From Deltaproteobacteria bacterium (lineage in GTDB: Bacteria > Calditrichota > Calditrichia > RBG-13-44-9 > J075), in assembly GCA_011526015.1 (NCBI GenBank), contig WYBG01000418.1, positions 1-43,891 of the forward strand: 43,891 bases of DNA, given 5' to 3'. Shown piece after piece: positions 7,632-17,253 of this stretch. The notes beneath the pieces are model-generated. The model ran no database searches. It was given only the letters and a program-made list of their open reading frames with translations, and was not told the origin of the DNA. Each line of letters starts with the position of its first letter. Within the stretch, counting starts at the first letter, position 1. A program made the position numbers and the translations under genes.

Positions 7632-8561
7632 ATGGAAATCATGCGTACGGTATTGCTGTGGGCTTCGGAAAATCAATGGATGCGCCGCAACGTTCCGCGT
7701 CTGGGTTTTGTGCGCAAGGCGCTGAAGCGGTTCATGCCCGGCGAAGACGTGGCCGAGACCATCGAGGCGGCCAAATCCTTGCGGGATAGAGACATTACCA
7801 CCATTTTCACCCACCTGGGAGAAAATATTGCGGATCTATCCGCAGCCGGGGAGGCCGCCAAGCATTACCTGGTGCTGCTGGATTGGATCGCGGCGGAAAA
7901 ACTGCCCACGGAAATCTCCCTTAAGCTTACCCAGATCGGTTTCGATCTCTCCGAAGAGCAGACCTACCGGAACTTCAGCGCCATTGCTGCCCGTGCGGCG
8001 AGTATGGGCAATACCGTGTGGATCGACATGGAAGGAAGCGCCTACACCCAGAGGACCATCGACTTTTATCGCCGGGCAAAAAGGGCACATGCCAACGTGG
8101 GCTTGTGCTTGCAAGCCTATTTATACCGCACCGAACAGGATATCGCCGATCTGCTCCCCCTCTCCCCCGCCATCCGGCTGGTAAAGGGCGCGTATCGGGA
8201 GCCGAAGGAGATTGCTTTCGAAAAAAAGAGCCAGGTGGATCAAAATTACCTGAAACTTTCCAAACAGCTATTGCGAGCCTCCCGGGAGGGCAAGGTTAGA
8301 ACGGTGCTGGGCACTCATGACCTCAACATCATTGCGGAGTTGGAGGAATTTGCCGCCCGGGAGGGGATCGGCCGCCAGCGCCTGGAATTTCACCTGCTCT
8401 ACGGGATCAAAACCGCGGAGCAGCGCCGCCTCGCCAAAGCGGGCTACCGGGTGGGGGTGCTGATCAGTTACGGCGAATTCTGGTATCCCTGGTACATGCG
8501 CCGCCTGGCCGAGCGCCCGGCCAATTTGATGTTCGTGTTGAAAAATGTGTTTCCCGGGTGA
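7632..8561 (+). CDS. Monofunctional proline dehydrogenase (PRODH family)
   Basis: 309 aa with PRODH barrel signatures IRLVKGAY, LGTHD and FHLLYGI. There is no P5CDH domain. Confidence 0.85.
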   Translation: MEIMRTVLLWASENQWMRRNVPRLGFVRKALKRFMPGEDVAETIEAAKSLRDRDITTIFTHLGENIADLSAAGEAAKHYLVLLDWIAAEKLPTEISLKLTQIGFDLSEEQTYRNFSAIAARAASMGNTVWIDMEGSAYTQRTIDFYRRAKRAHANVGLCLQAYLYRTEQDIADLLPLSPAIRLVKGAYREPKEIAFEKKSQVDQNYLKLSKQLLRASREGKVRTVLGTHDLNIIAELEEFAAREGIGRQRLEFHLLYGIKTAEQRRLAKAGYRVGVLISYGEFWYPWYMRRLAERPANLMFVLKNVFPG

Positions 8562-8696
8562 ATGGCCCGGTGAACCGGAGAATCGGCGAACCGGCGATGG
8601 CTGAATCATAAAAGGGTATGGTTTTCACCGGTAGCCTCCCCGTTTCCCCGGTTCTTCCCTTCTCCACTTCAATTCATTATGTAAAGAGAGAAACCC

Positions 8697-9593
8697 ATGT
8701 TTAAGGGAATTTTTCCCCCCATCGCCACCCCGTTCGTCAATGATGAGGTGGCCTACGATAAATTAGCGGAAAACCTGGCCCGCTGGAATCAAACCGGGCT
8801 GAGCGGCTACGTGGTGCTCGGTTCCAACGGCGAGAGCGTTTATTTAACCCGAGATGAGAAGCTGAAACTCATTGAAGCCGCCCGAAAGCATATCTCTGAT
8901 GATAAAGCCCTCATCGCCGGCAGCGGCTCCGACTCCATCCGGGAAACCGTCTCCCTCACCAACGAAGCTGCTGAACTCGGCGCAAACGCGGCGCTGATCC
9001 TCACTCCTTCCTTCTACAAAGGCCAGATGAAGCACGAGGCCTTTCTCACCTACTTCAGGGCGGTGGCGGATCAATCCCGAATCCCTCTCCTCATCTACCA
9101 GGTGCCCAAGTTTACCGGGGTGAGCATCGAAGCGGAGACCGTGGCGAAGTTAGCGGAGCATCCCAATATCATCGGGTTAAAAAGCAGTTCGGAGGATTTG
9201 GCCTACTTAGGAGAGGTGATTCGCCAGACCCCGGCAGATTTTCTGACCTTCGTGGGAACCGGCTCGGTGCTCTACGCGGGATTGTGCTTAGGCGCGGCGG
9301 GGGGCATCCTGGCGCTGGCAAATGTGGCTCCCGGGGAGTGCGTGCGCATTCAGGAGCTTTTTGAGCAGGGCAAACACCGGGAAGCGCGGGAGCTGCAGCT
9401 GCGCCTGCTGGCGGTGAACCGGGCAATCACCGCCCAATACGGCGTTCCCGGCCTGAAGGCGGCGATGGACCTGGCCGGTTATTTCGGCGGGGAGCCGCGC
9501 GCGCCGTTGAAGTACCCGGGCGAGAAAGAGGTAGAAAACCTCAAATCGCTTTTGCGAAGCGCCGGGCTGCCTGGCAATTCTCATCCGGCATGA
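8697..9593 (+). CDS. DHDPS/NAL-family aldolase, closest in my recollection to HOGA1-type 4-hydroxy-2-oxoglutarate aldolase
   Basis: GIFPPIATPF, VLGSNGE, LIAGSGS, Schiff-base lysine context PNIIGLKSS, GGILALANV and YGVPGLKAAMDLAGYFGGEPRAPL parallel remembered human HOGA1 segments ([64 protein letters not shown]). Confidence 0.75.
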   Translation: MFKGIFPPIATPFVNDEVAYDKLAENLARWNQTGLSGYVVLGSNGESVYLTRDEKLKLIEAARKHISDDKALIAGSGSDSIRETVSLTNEAAELGANAALILTPSFYKGQMKHEAFLTYFRAVADQSRIPLLIYQVPKFTGVSIEAETVAKLAEHPNIIGLKSSSEDLAYLGEVIRQTPADFLTFVGTGSVLYAGLCLGAAGGILALANVAPGECVRIQELFEQGKHREARELQLRLLAVNRAITAQYGVPGLKAAMDLAGYFGGEPRAPLKYPGEKEVENLKSLLRSAGLPGNSHPA

Positions 9594-9600
9594 TGGAGGG

Positions 9601-9682
9601 GATACCGGATTACAGATGCCAGATACCGGATGCCGCGGATTGTTTGAGTTTATCCGGGATCCGGGATCAGGCATCCGGGATC
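9601..9682. repeat. ACCGGAT/ATCCGGG word inverted repeat between convergent genes
   Basis: GATACCGGATGCC (9622-9634) pairs with GGCATCCGGGATC (9670-9682) with 1 mismatch. The right arm encodes the last residues (LIPDA) and stop of the PP2C gene. Confidence 0.5.
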
Positions 9683-12309
9683 AGTTCTACCGATGCCTCC
9701 CGCAGTCGCTGCACGATCATCACGGTATGGTCATCCACCCGGGGATGCCCGGCATAGAAGGATTGCAGGTCCTTCTCTAAGAGGGTTTTTATTTCCTCCG
9801 CCGGGCGGGTTCGCAATTGATCCAATTGCTGTTCCAGGCGGCTTTCATCGTATAATTCCCGGTTTTCCGCAGCGCCATCTGCAGGAGCTGCCAGGGGGCG
9901 GCTGGCCTCCACCATGCCGTCGGTGTAGAGCGCCAGGGTATCGCCGGGCTTAAAACGAATCTGCATCGGCTTTAAATTCTGCTCGAAAATCTGCTGCCGG
10001 GCAGTCAGACCGATCCCGATCCCTTTGGTCTCCAAATAGCGTATTTTTTGAGCTGAATCTTCAGAAATAAACAGCGGATGGGTATGTCCCGCCCGCACGA
10101 AAGTGAATTCATGCCTTTCAATATCTAACATTCCCACGATAGCGGTGACGAAAATCTGCCGGTCCACCATCGCGGCGGTAAAATATTCGTTCAGGCGGAG
10201 GCAAATCTCTCGCGGCTCTGCGGTGAACTGGCGGGAGAAACGGATCAGGCTCATACACTGGGCCATGTAAAACGCTGCGGAAGAGCCTTTGCCGGATACA
10301 TCGCCGATGGTGAGCAAAAAACGTTTGGGTTCCCCGGAATCGCCGGCCGGGAGCGGAAATGCGTCATAAAAATCGCCCCCCACCTCCGTGGCGGTATGCA
10401 GAGACGCGGCAATGCGGTAGCCGGGTATCTTTGGCAACTCCCGGGGCAGCAGGCTCAACTGCACGTTGCGGGCGTTTTGCAGCTCGAATTGCAACCGCTC
10501 TTTTTCCCGCGCCTCCGAAATGGTCTGCTTGAGCCGCACCCCCATTTCGTTGAAGTGCTCCGCCAGCTCGACGAATTCATCCTCCCCCTCGAATTTGATC
10601 TTGTAATCCAGGTTGCCGCCGGAAATCTCCTGGATGCCCTGTTTCAGTTGTTTGAACTTCTGCACGATGATCTTGTTGATGCGGGAACCGAATTTGACCA
10701 TCCGCCGGATCACAAAACCGTTCAAGAGCAGGTACACCAGGGCCATGACCAGAAGGATCGGTCCCAGGCCGGACCAAAGCTTCCAGGAGGTCACGTCCAG
10801 AACTACGTCAAATGCAAAAAAGCTGTCCGAACCGGCGCCCACACCCCGGAAGGGCAAAAACACCCTGCCGAGGGTAAAGCCGGTAATCTCCTGCGCGCCT
10901 ACTCTGATAGTCACCCGGTCGCTGTCCGCCCCGGCCGTTGCTTCCATCGCTACCACAAGGGTTGCCGAGGATTGTTTGGGAAGGATCGCAAAGGGAAAAA
11001 GGCGCACGTCGCGGTCCTGCTCCCAAAAGCTCAGGCGGTAAGCAAATGCGGCCCATCTTTCCGGTTCAAAAGAGTGGGCGGAAAGGGCGTTCCCGGCCAA
11101 AACCCGCAAATCTGCCAGTATTTCTTTCATGAACAACGAGTCCACCGGGACCAGGTGGATATAACTGCTGTCGCCGGAGGCGCGCCGGGAGAAAAGAAAA
11201 TTATCCGCTTCCGCGGCGTCCCCTTGTCCTCCCGTCTCCTCGCGGGGAATCCCGATTATGCAGCGGGCCGGGAGGGATTTCCAGTTGCGCAGCGGCTGGT
11301 ATCCCGGCGGCGCAATCGCAACCGGGTCGCCGATCACCGAAAACCGATGATAGCTGAGCGTTTGCGCGTTCTCGCCTTTTTCAAGCCGTTCAAGCTTCTC
11401 CAGCAGCAGGTTGGAGAGATTTTGCGCCTGCCAGGCGGACAGGAAGAAGTAAAAAATCAACACCAGGGCAAAAAATTGCACCAGCTGGGGAAAAGTGGAC
11501 TGAAACAGGCTGGAAATGTAGAGCTTTCTCGACAGGCTGGCATGGTTATACACCAGCACCACCGGAATCTTGATCAACAGGGCGATGAGGTACCATTTGA
11601 ACAGCAGAAATAAAAATTGCGGAGCGGAAGACCACATCCAGGCGCTTTCTCCCGGGGTTGTTCCCGGCTGTCGCAGGGGATTCAGCCCGCTGGAAACTTC
11701 CAACAGCAGAAAAACAGCGACGAGATATATCCAGGATTCCAGGTAGGTCAGCTCTTCCAGCCAGGCGGTGCGGCGCAGGAGCAGGAAGAGCAGCAGGATT
11801 TGGAAAATCCACAGCCAGACGTCCTCGCTGCCGTTCCAGTAAAAGTAGAAGCCGTACCCCAGTACCGCGAACAGAAGAACCACGGCTTGTTTCCAATTGC
11901 TGTTCTGGTAGAGCAGGGCGCTGAAAATCAGCAGCAACCCTCCCAGGAGCGTGAACTGCACTAAGTGAGCGAAAATACCCGGCCCGGAGAAATCCCGGGA
12001 GGGGATTGCCACGCTCAACAGGATTTTTTCCAGGAGAAAGAGCAGAAAGAACAGGACCAGCAGGGCTTCCGGGAGGGGATTGATGCGCCGGTCGATCTCT
12101 CCTAAGAATTTGAGCAGGAAAAAAAGATTGACCAGCAGCGCCGGCGGCGCGGGGATGAGAAAATCCCGGAAACTCAACCCCACAAAGAATAACGAGACCA
12201 GCCAGCCGCTGCCATAAAGAATCAGTTGCGGCGACCAGGTTTCCCGGTTTTGCAGGGTTTTGATGAAGGCGTCGAGGCGCCGGGGAAAACGGTATTTGTT
12301 TTCTGCCAA
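9667..12309 (-). CDS. Multi-pass membrane sensor with HAMP domain and PP2C/SpoIIE-type serine phosphatase domain
   Basis: About 10 N-terminal TM segments. HAMP-like LKQGIQEISGGNLDYKIKFEGEDEFVELAEHFNEM. PP2C motifs EVGGDFYDAF, GDVSGKGSSAAFYM and YTDGMVE. TTG start 6 nt after AAGGAG. Confidence 0.85.
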   Translation of the reverse strand: MAENKYRFPRRLDAFIKTLQNRETWSPQLILYGSGWLVSLFFVGLSFRDFLIPAPPALLVNLFFLLKFLGEIDRRINPLPEALLVLFFLLFLLEKILLSVAIPSRDFSGPGIFAHLVQFTLLGGLLLIFSALLYQNSNWKQAVVLLFAVLGYGFYFYWNGSEDVWLWIFQILLLFLLLRRTAWLEELTYLESWIYLVAVFLLLEVSSGLNPLRQPGTTPGESAWMWSSAPQFLFLLFKWYLIALLIKIPVVLVYNHASLSRKLYISSLFQSTFPQLVQFFALVLIFYFFLSAWQAQNLSNLLLEKLERLEKGENAQTLSYHRFSVIGDPVAIAPPGYQPLRNWKSLPARCIIGIPREETGGQGDAAEADNFLFSRRASGDSSYIHLVPVDSLFMKEILADLRVLAGNALSAHSFEPERWAAFAYRLSFWEQDRDVRLFPFAILPKQSSATLVVAMEATAGADSDRVTIRVGAQEITGFTLGRVFLPFRGVGAGSDSFFAFDVVLDVTSWKLWSGLGPILLVMALVYLLLNGFVIRRMVKFGSRINKIIVQKFKQLKQGIQEISGGNLDYKIKFEGEDEFVELAEHFNEMGVRLKQTISEAREKERLQFELQNARNVQLSLLPRELPKIPGYRIAASLHTATEVGGDFYDAFPLPAGDSGEPKRFLLTIGDVSGKGSSAAFYMAQCMSLIRFSRQFTAEPREICLRLNEYFTAAMVDRQIFVTAIVGMLDIERHEFTFVRAGHTHPLFISEDSAQKIRYLETKGIGIGLTARQQIFEQNLKPMQIRFKPGDTLALYTDGMVEASRPLAAPADGAAENRELYDESRLEQQLDQLRTRPAEEIKTLLEKDLQSFYAGHPRVDDHTVMIVQRLREASVELIPDA

Positions 12310-12480
12310 GTTGGTCTCCTTGCCTACGGCACCCTAATTTACGGTTTGCATATTAAAATACAATTAACCGGGGTAAAATTTTACCGGATTTCCGCGCTTC
12401 AGGGCGGGAAAAACTCAATTCCTGCCGGCTGAAGCCGGGTAACCGGATTACTTCTACATCCGCACGGTTCATCCCTACTG

Positions 12481-12506
12481 TTCGACAAGCATCCCTGCTT
12501 GTCGAA
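12481..12506. other. Perfect 11-bp stem / 4-nt loop hairpin in the divergent intergenic region
   Basis: TTCGACAAGCA tccc TGCTTGTCGAA. A 14-bp palindrome GGTAAAATTTTACC lies at 12372-12385. Confidence 0.6.
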
Positions 12507-12541
12507 GTGTTCGCCCCGCACCCGTCGATTACACGCGACGC

Positions 12542-12570
12542 TTGAAAATGATAGTTGCAGGGGCTATATT
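12542..12570 (+). promoter_or_regulatory. Candidate sigma70-type promoter of the MFS gene
   Basis: TTGAAA-17 nt-TATATT, 43 nt upstream of ATG 12613. Confidence 0.5.
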
Positions 12571-12612
12571 GACGTTTTCTGGCGATCAACTAAAATTCGG
12601 AAAGGTTCTCAC

Positions 12613-13935
12613 ATGGCAAATTCCCCCGCTCCCGCCCCGCAGGGCGCTTTTCATCCCTCCACCCGGCTCTACCGCTTTACGGTACTCTTTTTTGTCGCCT
12701 TGCTGACCTTCGGCAGTTACTTTGCTTACGACATCATCGGCGCGATTGCGCCCACCCTGGTAGAAGAACTGGGCGCCGCCCGGGGCACCATCGGCACCAT
12801 ATACACCGCTTACAGCGTGGCGGCGATTCTCTCCGTGCTGATCGGCGGGGTATTGATCGACTACCTGGGAACCCGGATGGCCAGCATGATTTTTTCTATC
12901 CTGGTATTTATCGGCGCGGCGTTGGTGGCCTTTGCCGACAGCCTGCCGGTTTTGTTTGCCGGGCGATTTATTTTCGGCGGCGGATCGGAGCCGTTAGTGG
13001 TAGCGCAGAGCGCCATTTTAGCGCGCTGGTTCAAAGGGAAGGAATTGGCGCTTTCTTTCGGGATCGCCCTGACGGTCAGCCGCCTGGGCACTTTGTTCAG
13101 CTTCAATACCGGGGAATTGATCGCCAAACATTTCGGAGGGTATCGCTACGCCTTGATCGCGGCGATGCTCTTCTGCGCCGTTTCCCTGGCCGCAAACGTG
13201 GTATATGTGCTCCTGGACCGCCGCGGCGAGAGGATGCTGCGGTTGAAGGACGAGGGAGGGGAAGGGAAAATCGTCTTCAAAGACGTCAAGGAATTCAAAC
13301 TCAGTTTCTGGCACATTGCCATGCTCTGCGTGTTGTTTTATTCCGCGATATTCCCCTTTACCGCGCTTTCTACCGATTTCTTCGCGGATAAGTGGGGCGT
13401 CGCCCGGGTGGCGGATACCAGCGGAGGATTTTTCACCCAGGTATTCGGCAGTTTTCTGCACATGTTCAGCACCGCGGGAGGGATTTCTTCCATCATCATC
13501 TTTGCCTCCATGGTCTGCGCTCCCTTTGCCGGCCATTTCGTGGATAAAATCGGCAAGCGCGCCAGCCTGATGATCATCGGCTCCATCATTATGATTCCCT
13601 GTTATTTAATGATGGGGCTGACCGATATTTACCCCGCTTATCCCATGATCGCCTTAGGCGCAGCCTTTGTGCTGGTTCCCGCGGCGATGTGGCCATCGGT
13701 GCCCCTGATCGTGCGCAAAGAGGCGGTCGGAACTGCATTCGGGATCATTACCTTCATCCAGAACATCGGGCTGGCCCTATTCCCGGCTCTGAACGGCTGG
13801 CTGCGGGATACCACTCACAGCTACACCGCCAGCATGATCATGTTCTCCAGCCTGGGACTGTTCGCGCTGATTTTTGCCTTGCTGCTGAAACGCTCCGACG
13901 CCCGGGAGGGCGGGCTGCTGGAACGGGGACGATGA
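12613..13935 (+). CDS. MFS transporter
   Basis: About 12 hydrophobic helices, with an MFS loop motif around IDYLGTRMA. Start placed at MANSPAPAP (ATG 12613) rather than at the ORF opening 12499. Confidence 0.8.
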   Translation: MANSPAPAPQGAFHPSTRLYRFTVLFFVALLTFGSYFAYDIIGAIAPTLVEELGAARGTIGTIYTAYSVAAILSVLIGGVLIDYLGTRMASMIFSILVFIGAALVAFADSLPVLFAGRFIFGGGSEPLVVAQSAILARWFKGKELALSFGIALTVSRLGTLFSFNTGELIAKHFGGYRYALIAAMLFCAVSLAANVVYVLLDRRGERMLRLKDEGGEGKIVFKDVKEFKLSFWHIAMLCVLFYSAIFPFTALSTDFFADKWGVARVADTSGGFFTQVFGSFLHMFSTAGGISSIIIFASMVCAPFAGHFVDKIGKRASLMIIGSIIMIPCYLMMGLTDIYPAYPMIALGAAFVLVPAAMWPSVPLIVRKEAVGTAFGIITFIQNIGLALFPALNGWLRDTTHSYTASMIMFSSLGLFALIFALLLKRSDAREGGLLERGR

Positions 13936-13947
13936 TTCTGCTGCGGC

Positions 13948-13967
13948 GACGAACCGGGGTGTTCGTC
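13948..13967. terminator. Short hairpin between the convergent MFS and monooxygenase genes
   Basis: GACGAAC cggggt GTTCGTC (7-bp stem). Confidence 0.35.
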
Positions 13968-13975
13968 TTACCTGC

Positions 13976-14968
13976 TTACGGCATCTGCGCTTTAACCCGC
14001 CGGTACTCCTCCACCATGTTCTCGATGATTTCCGCCACCGGCAGAATCCCCTCGATCAATCCCACGCCCTGCCCCGCGGAGAACACGGTTTTGTAGGAGA
14101 CTTTGGATTTGTCATCCGCTAACAGGCTGCGGGCAGCGCGGGAAAGGGCGATCCAGCGCCGGACGCGCTTGCTGCGGGAGAGAATCTCTTCTCCCAAGCT
14201 GGTCTCCAGACCCACCGCTTCCAATTCTTTGGTGCGAATGAAATTTCCCGGAAAACCGTCCACTTTCGCGGTGTTGACAATGTCTTCCGGGCGGGAACTG
14301 AGAATGGCGCGTTTGTATTCCTCGCTCACCTCCGCCTCCGCGGAGGCGATGAAGCGGGTCCCAACGTACGCCGCCGCCGCGCCTAAGCTGAAGGCCGCGG
14401 CCATTCCCGCTCCATCTACAATGCTGCCCGAAGCGGCCACGGGCAGTTTCACCTGCCGCACTAAGTAGGGAATCAAGGCGAAGGGGGAAATCTCCCCGGC
14501 ATGCCCCCCGGCCCCGCAGCCCACCGCGATCAGCCCGTCCGCTCCCAAATCCGCCGCTTTTTTGGCGTGTTCCAGCCCGATAACGTCACAATAAACCCTG
14601 GTTCCGGCCTGGTGGGCCAGGCGGATTACTTCCTTCGGGCTGCCCAGGGAGGTAATGATCAGGGGAACTTTTTCCTCCAGGGCGATCTCCAGGTGCCGCT
14701 GCTGGTACTTGTTGGATTTCTGCACGATGATGTTGATCCCGAAGGGCTTGCCGGTGAGAGATTTGATCTCTTTGATCGCTTCGTGATAGCGTTCTACCGG
14801 GCGGTAGTTCAAGGCCGGAAAAGTGCCCATCGCGCCGGCCTCGCAGACGCTGACGACCATTTTCACGCTGCTGACCAGAAACATCGGGGCGCAAATGATG
14901 GGGTACTTCAGGTTGAATTGCTCGCTAAAGGCGGTGCGAATGGCAATCGTGTCGGTTTTGGCGCTCAT
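13976..14968 (-). CDS. Nitronate monooxygenase / FabK-like FMN oxidoreductase (NMO family)
   Basis: PIICAPMFLVSS, GINIIV, GADGLIAVGCGAGGH and YVGTRFIAS are typical of the 2-nitropropane dioxygenase/NMO TIM barrel. Confidence 0.8.
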   Translation of the reverse strand: MSAKTDTIAIRTAFSEQFNLKYPIICAPMFLVSSVKMVVSVCEAGAMGTFPALNYRPVERYHEAIKEIKSLTGKPFGINIIVQKSNKYQQRHLEIALEEKVPLIITSLGSPKEVIRLAHQAGTRVYCDVIGLEHAKKAADLGADGLIAVGCGAGGHAGEISPFALIPYLVRQVKLPVAASGSIVDGAGMAAAFSLGAAAAYVGTRFIASAEAEVSEEYKRAILSSRPEDIVNTAKVDGFPGNFIRTKELEAVGLETSLGEEILSRSKRVRRWIALSRAARSLLADDKSKVSYKTVFSAGQGVGLIEGILPVAEIIENMVEEYRRVKAQMP

Positions 14969-15477
14969 GAGCTGGTTTCCTCCTCGCTTTTCTTCTTCAG
15001 GGACAGAACCAAGGTGAATTTGGCGACCGGCTCCTCTCCCAACAGCGCCGGTACGGTCGCGACGATCTCCACCGGCATTTCCACCCGCTCGCCGGAGGCG
15101 ACGGCCGCCTTTACCAGGTCGGCGATTTCCCGCCCCTGGACGCAGGTGAAATGCACGTCGCCTTCGGCGCGTTTCAGAAAATCCGCGTGCAGGCTTTTGA
15201 AGATCAGGGAAACCGGCTCCCCGCTCTCGCGAATGCGCTGCATGGCCAGGAATCCCCCGGCCAGGTCCGCCCCAATCGCCAGCGCCCCGAAATACATGGA
15301 TTTCAGATGGTTTTTAGTGCGCCGGCGCAGGGGAATTTTGACCGTCACCGCTTCGGCGCTCAAATCCATCACCGAGGGGCGCACGTAAAAAAGCAGGGGA
15401 ATTTTGGCGGCTCCGAAATAGCGAAGAAACAGGGTCGCCAGGGCGCGTTGGGATAATACTGCTGCTAAAAGGTTCAT
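14965..15477 (-). CDS. DUF4442-type hotdog-fold (thioesterase-like) protein
   Basis: IPLLFYVRPSVMDL...IPLRRRTKNHLKSMYFGALAIGADLAGG matches my memory of DUF4442. ATG at 15477 is preceded by GGGAG. Its stop overlaps the downstream start (ATGA at 14965-14968). Confidence 0.65.
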   Translation of the reverse strand: MNLLAAVLSQRALATLFLRYFGAAKIPLLFYVRPSVMDLSAEAVTVKIPLRRRTKNHLKSMYFGALAIGADLAGGFLAMQRIRESGEPVSLIFKSLHADFLKRAEGDVHFTCVQGREIADLVKAAVASGERVEMPVEIVATVPALLGEEPVAKFTLVLSLKKKSEEETSS

Positions 15478-15818
15478 GGTTTCAAGCTCCCATTTTTTCG
15501 ACGCGCTTAATTTCGCCAAACCGGGGCAGATAAACAATGAATTTGCATCGTTGATTCTTTGACCGGTCTCCGGTATCTCCTTTTGTTCTTTCGGAAATTT
15601 GATATTCTTTCGGATTTCCGATTATCCTTCTTTTCAAAATGGCGCCACCTGCTTTACGGCGTCTTATTACAATCTCCCGGAAAAACAAACCTTTACTGAT
15701 AAATTCAAAAAAAATTTTCCCCCGGCGATCTTCCTGGCATTGCGATTGTATAAGTGAGTAACAACGAGGGGGATGGGAGTTAAATCGTCGATGACTCATT
15801 TACATGGAGGAGCTAAAA

Positions 15819-17057
15819 ATGGTTAAAATCCTGAACCTTTTATTGGCCTGCTTTACGCTTTTGTCTTGCATTAAAGATCCCCAATCGATCAGCGCCAATC
15901 CCGGCGCTCCCCCGCCCCGGGAGTTAACCAAGAGCGAGCAACAGTTGGTGCAATCGGATAACCGCTTCGGGTTGAAGCTGTTCAAAAAAGTGGTGGAGCA
16001 GGAGGACGGCAATCAGAATATTTTTATCTCCCCGCTCAGCGTGTCCATGGCCCTAGGGATGACCTACAACGGCTCCGCGGGAACCACCCGGGAAGCCATG
16101 GAAAACACCCTGGAGCTTTCCGGCCTGACCGTGCAGGAGATCAACGAATCCTACCGGAGCTTGATCGAACTGCTCACCCGCCTGGATCCCAAAGTAGCGA
16201 TGAATATTGCCAATTCCATCTGGCATCGCCGGGAATTGGCGGTGAAGCCGGAATTCATCAGCCTGAATCGTACCTATTTCAACGCGGAGGTGAACGGGCT
16301 TGATTTTAACGATCCCAACGCTCCCGGGGTGATCAACGCCTGGGTGAACCGCAGCACCAGCGGCAGAATCCCGCAGATCGTTGCCAGCATCGACCCCCTG
16401 GATGTAATGTTCCTGATCAATGCGATCTATTTCAAGGGGGCGTGGACCTATAAATTCGATCCCGCGAATACCGAAGACGACTTGTTCATCCTTCCCAACG
16501 GGTCCCAGGTATCCTGCAAAATGATGGCGCAGGAGAGCGAATTCGGCCACTTTACTGCTGCCGACTTCCAGGCCGTCGAATTGCCTTACGCCAACGGGTA
16601 TTTCAGCATGGTAATCCTGCTTCCTAACCCCGGCAAAAGTGTGGATAGCTTGATTGCGGCATTCAGCCAGGCGAATTGGAATGAATGGATGAGCGGTCTT
16701 GCCAAACGTAAAATCCGGTTGCAGATGCCCAGGTTTTCACTCGGTTATAAAATCACCCTCAATGCCGCCCTCGAATCCCTGGGGATGGGAATCGCTTTCG
16801 ATCCCATGCAGGCGAATTTCAGCGAAATAGCAAACATGGGGTCAGGGAATTTATATATCAGCAATGTGCTTCATAAATCCTTTGTAGAGGTTAACGAAGA
16901 GGGCACCGAAGCGGCGGCGGCCACCTCGGTAACCATAACCGTGACCAGCCTGCCGCCGCTCTTCCGGGTGGACCGCCCGTTCGTCTTTATCATCCGGGAA
17001 AAACATTCCGGAACCCTGCTGTTCATGGGCAAAATTGTCGAGCCGGTATGGGAGTAA
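15819..17057 (+). CDS. Serpin-family serine protease inhibitor, lipoprotein
   Basis: Serpin body with hinge/reactive-centre loop EEGTEAAAATSVTITVTSLPP followed by FRVDRPFVFIIRE. Lipobox LLSC. Start placed at ATG 15819 (GGAGGAG upstream) instead of 15804. Confidence 0.85.
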   Translation: MVKILNLLLACFTLLSCIKDPQSISANPGAPPPRELTKSEQQLVQSDNRFGLKLFKKVVEQEDGNQNIFISPLSVSMALGMTYNGSAGTTREAMENTLELSGLTVQEINESYRSLIELLTRLDPKVAMNIANSIWHRRELAVKPEFISLNRTYFNAEVNGLDFNDPNAPGVINAWVNRSTSGRIPQIVASIDPLDVMFLINAIYFKGAWTYKFDPANTEDDLFILPNGSQVSCKMMAQESEFGHFTAADFQAVELPYANGYFSMVILLPNPGKSVDSLIAAFSQANWNEWMSGLAKRKIRLQMPRFSLGYKITLNAALESLGMGIAFDPMQANFSEIANMGSGNLYISNVLHKSFVEVNEEGTEAAAATSVTITVTSLPPLFRVDRPFVFIIREKHSGTLLFMGKIVEPVWE

Positions 17058-17253
17058 CCGGGAAAAATTGACATAAATCATATTTAAGGCTGACCGTGAT
17101 CATGGTTTATTAACCCGGGGAGAGGTATATTGGGGAAGTGGGAGGCGATTTATGGTTTTCGATTTTCGATTGGTGATTGGGAGCTTCGGCGTAGATTTCG
17201 GTATTTCCTTTATCATAGATTGATTCAACACGATAACCAAAAGGAGAAACCGC

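Noticed and set aside
15478-15818. Minus-strand 105-aa ORF (15482-15799), or a riboswitch, in the 340-nt AT-rich spacer upstream of the serpin gene
   Set aside because: The ORF has a biased Arg/Lys-rich composition and no RBS. I recognised no riboswitch core sequences. It is most likely a divergent promoter region.
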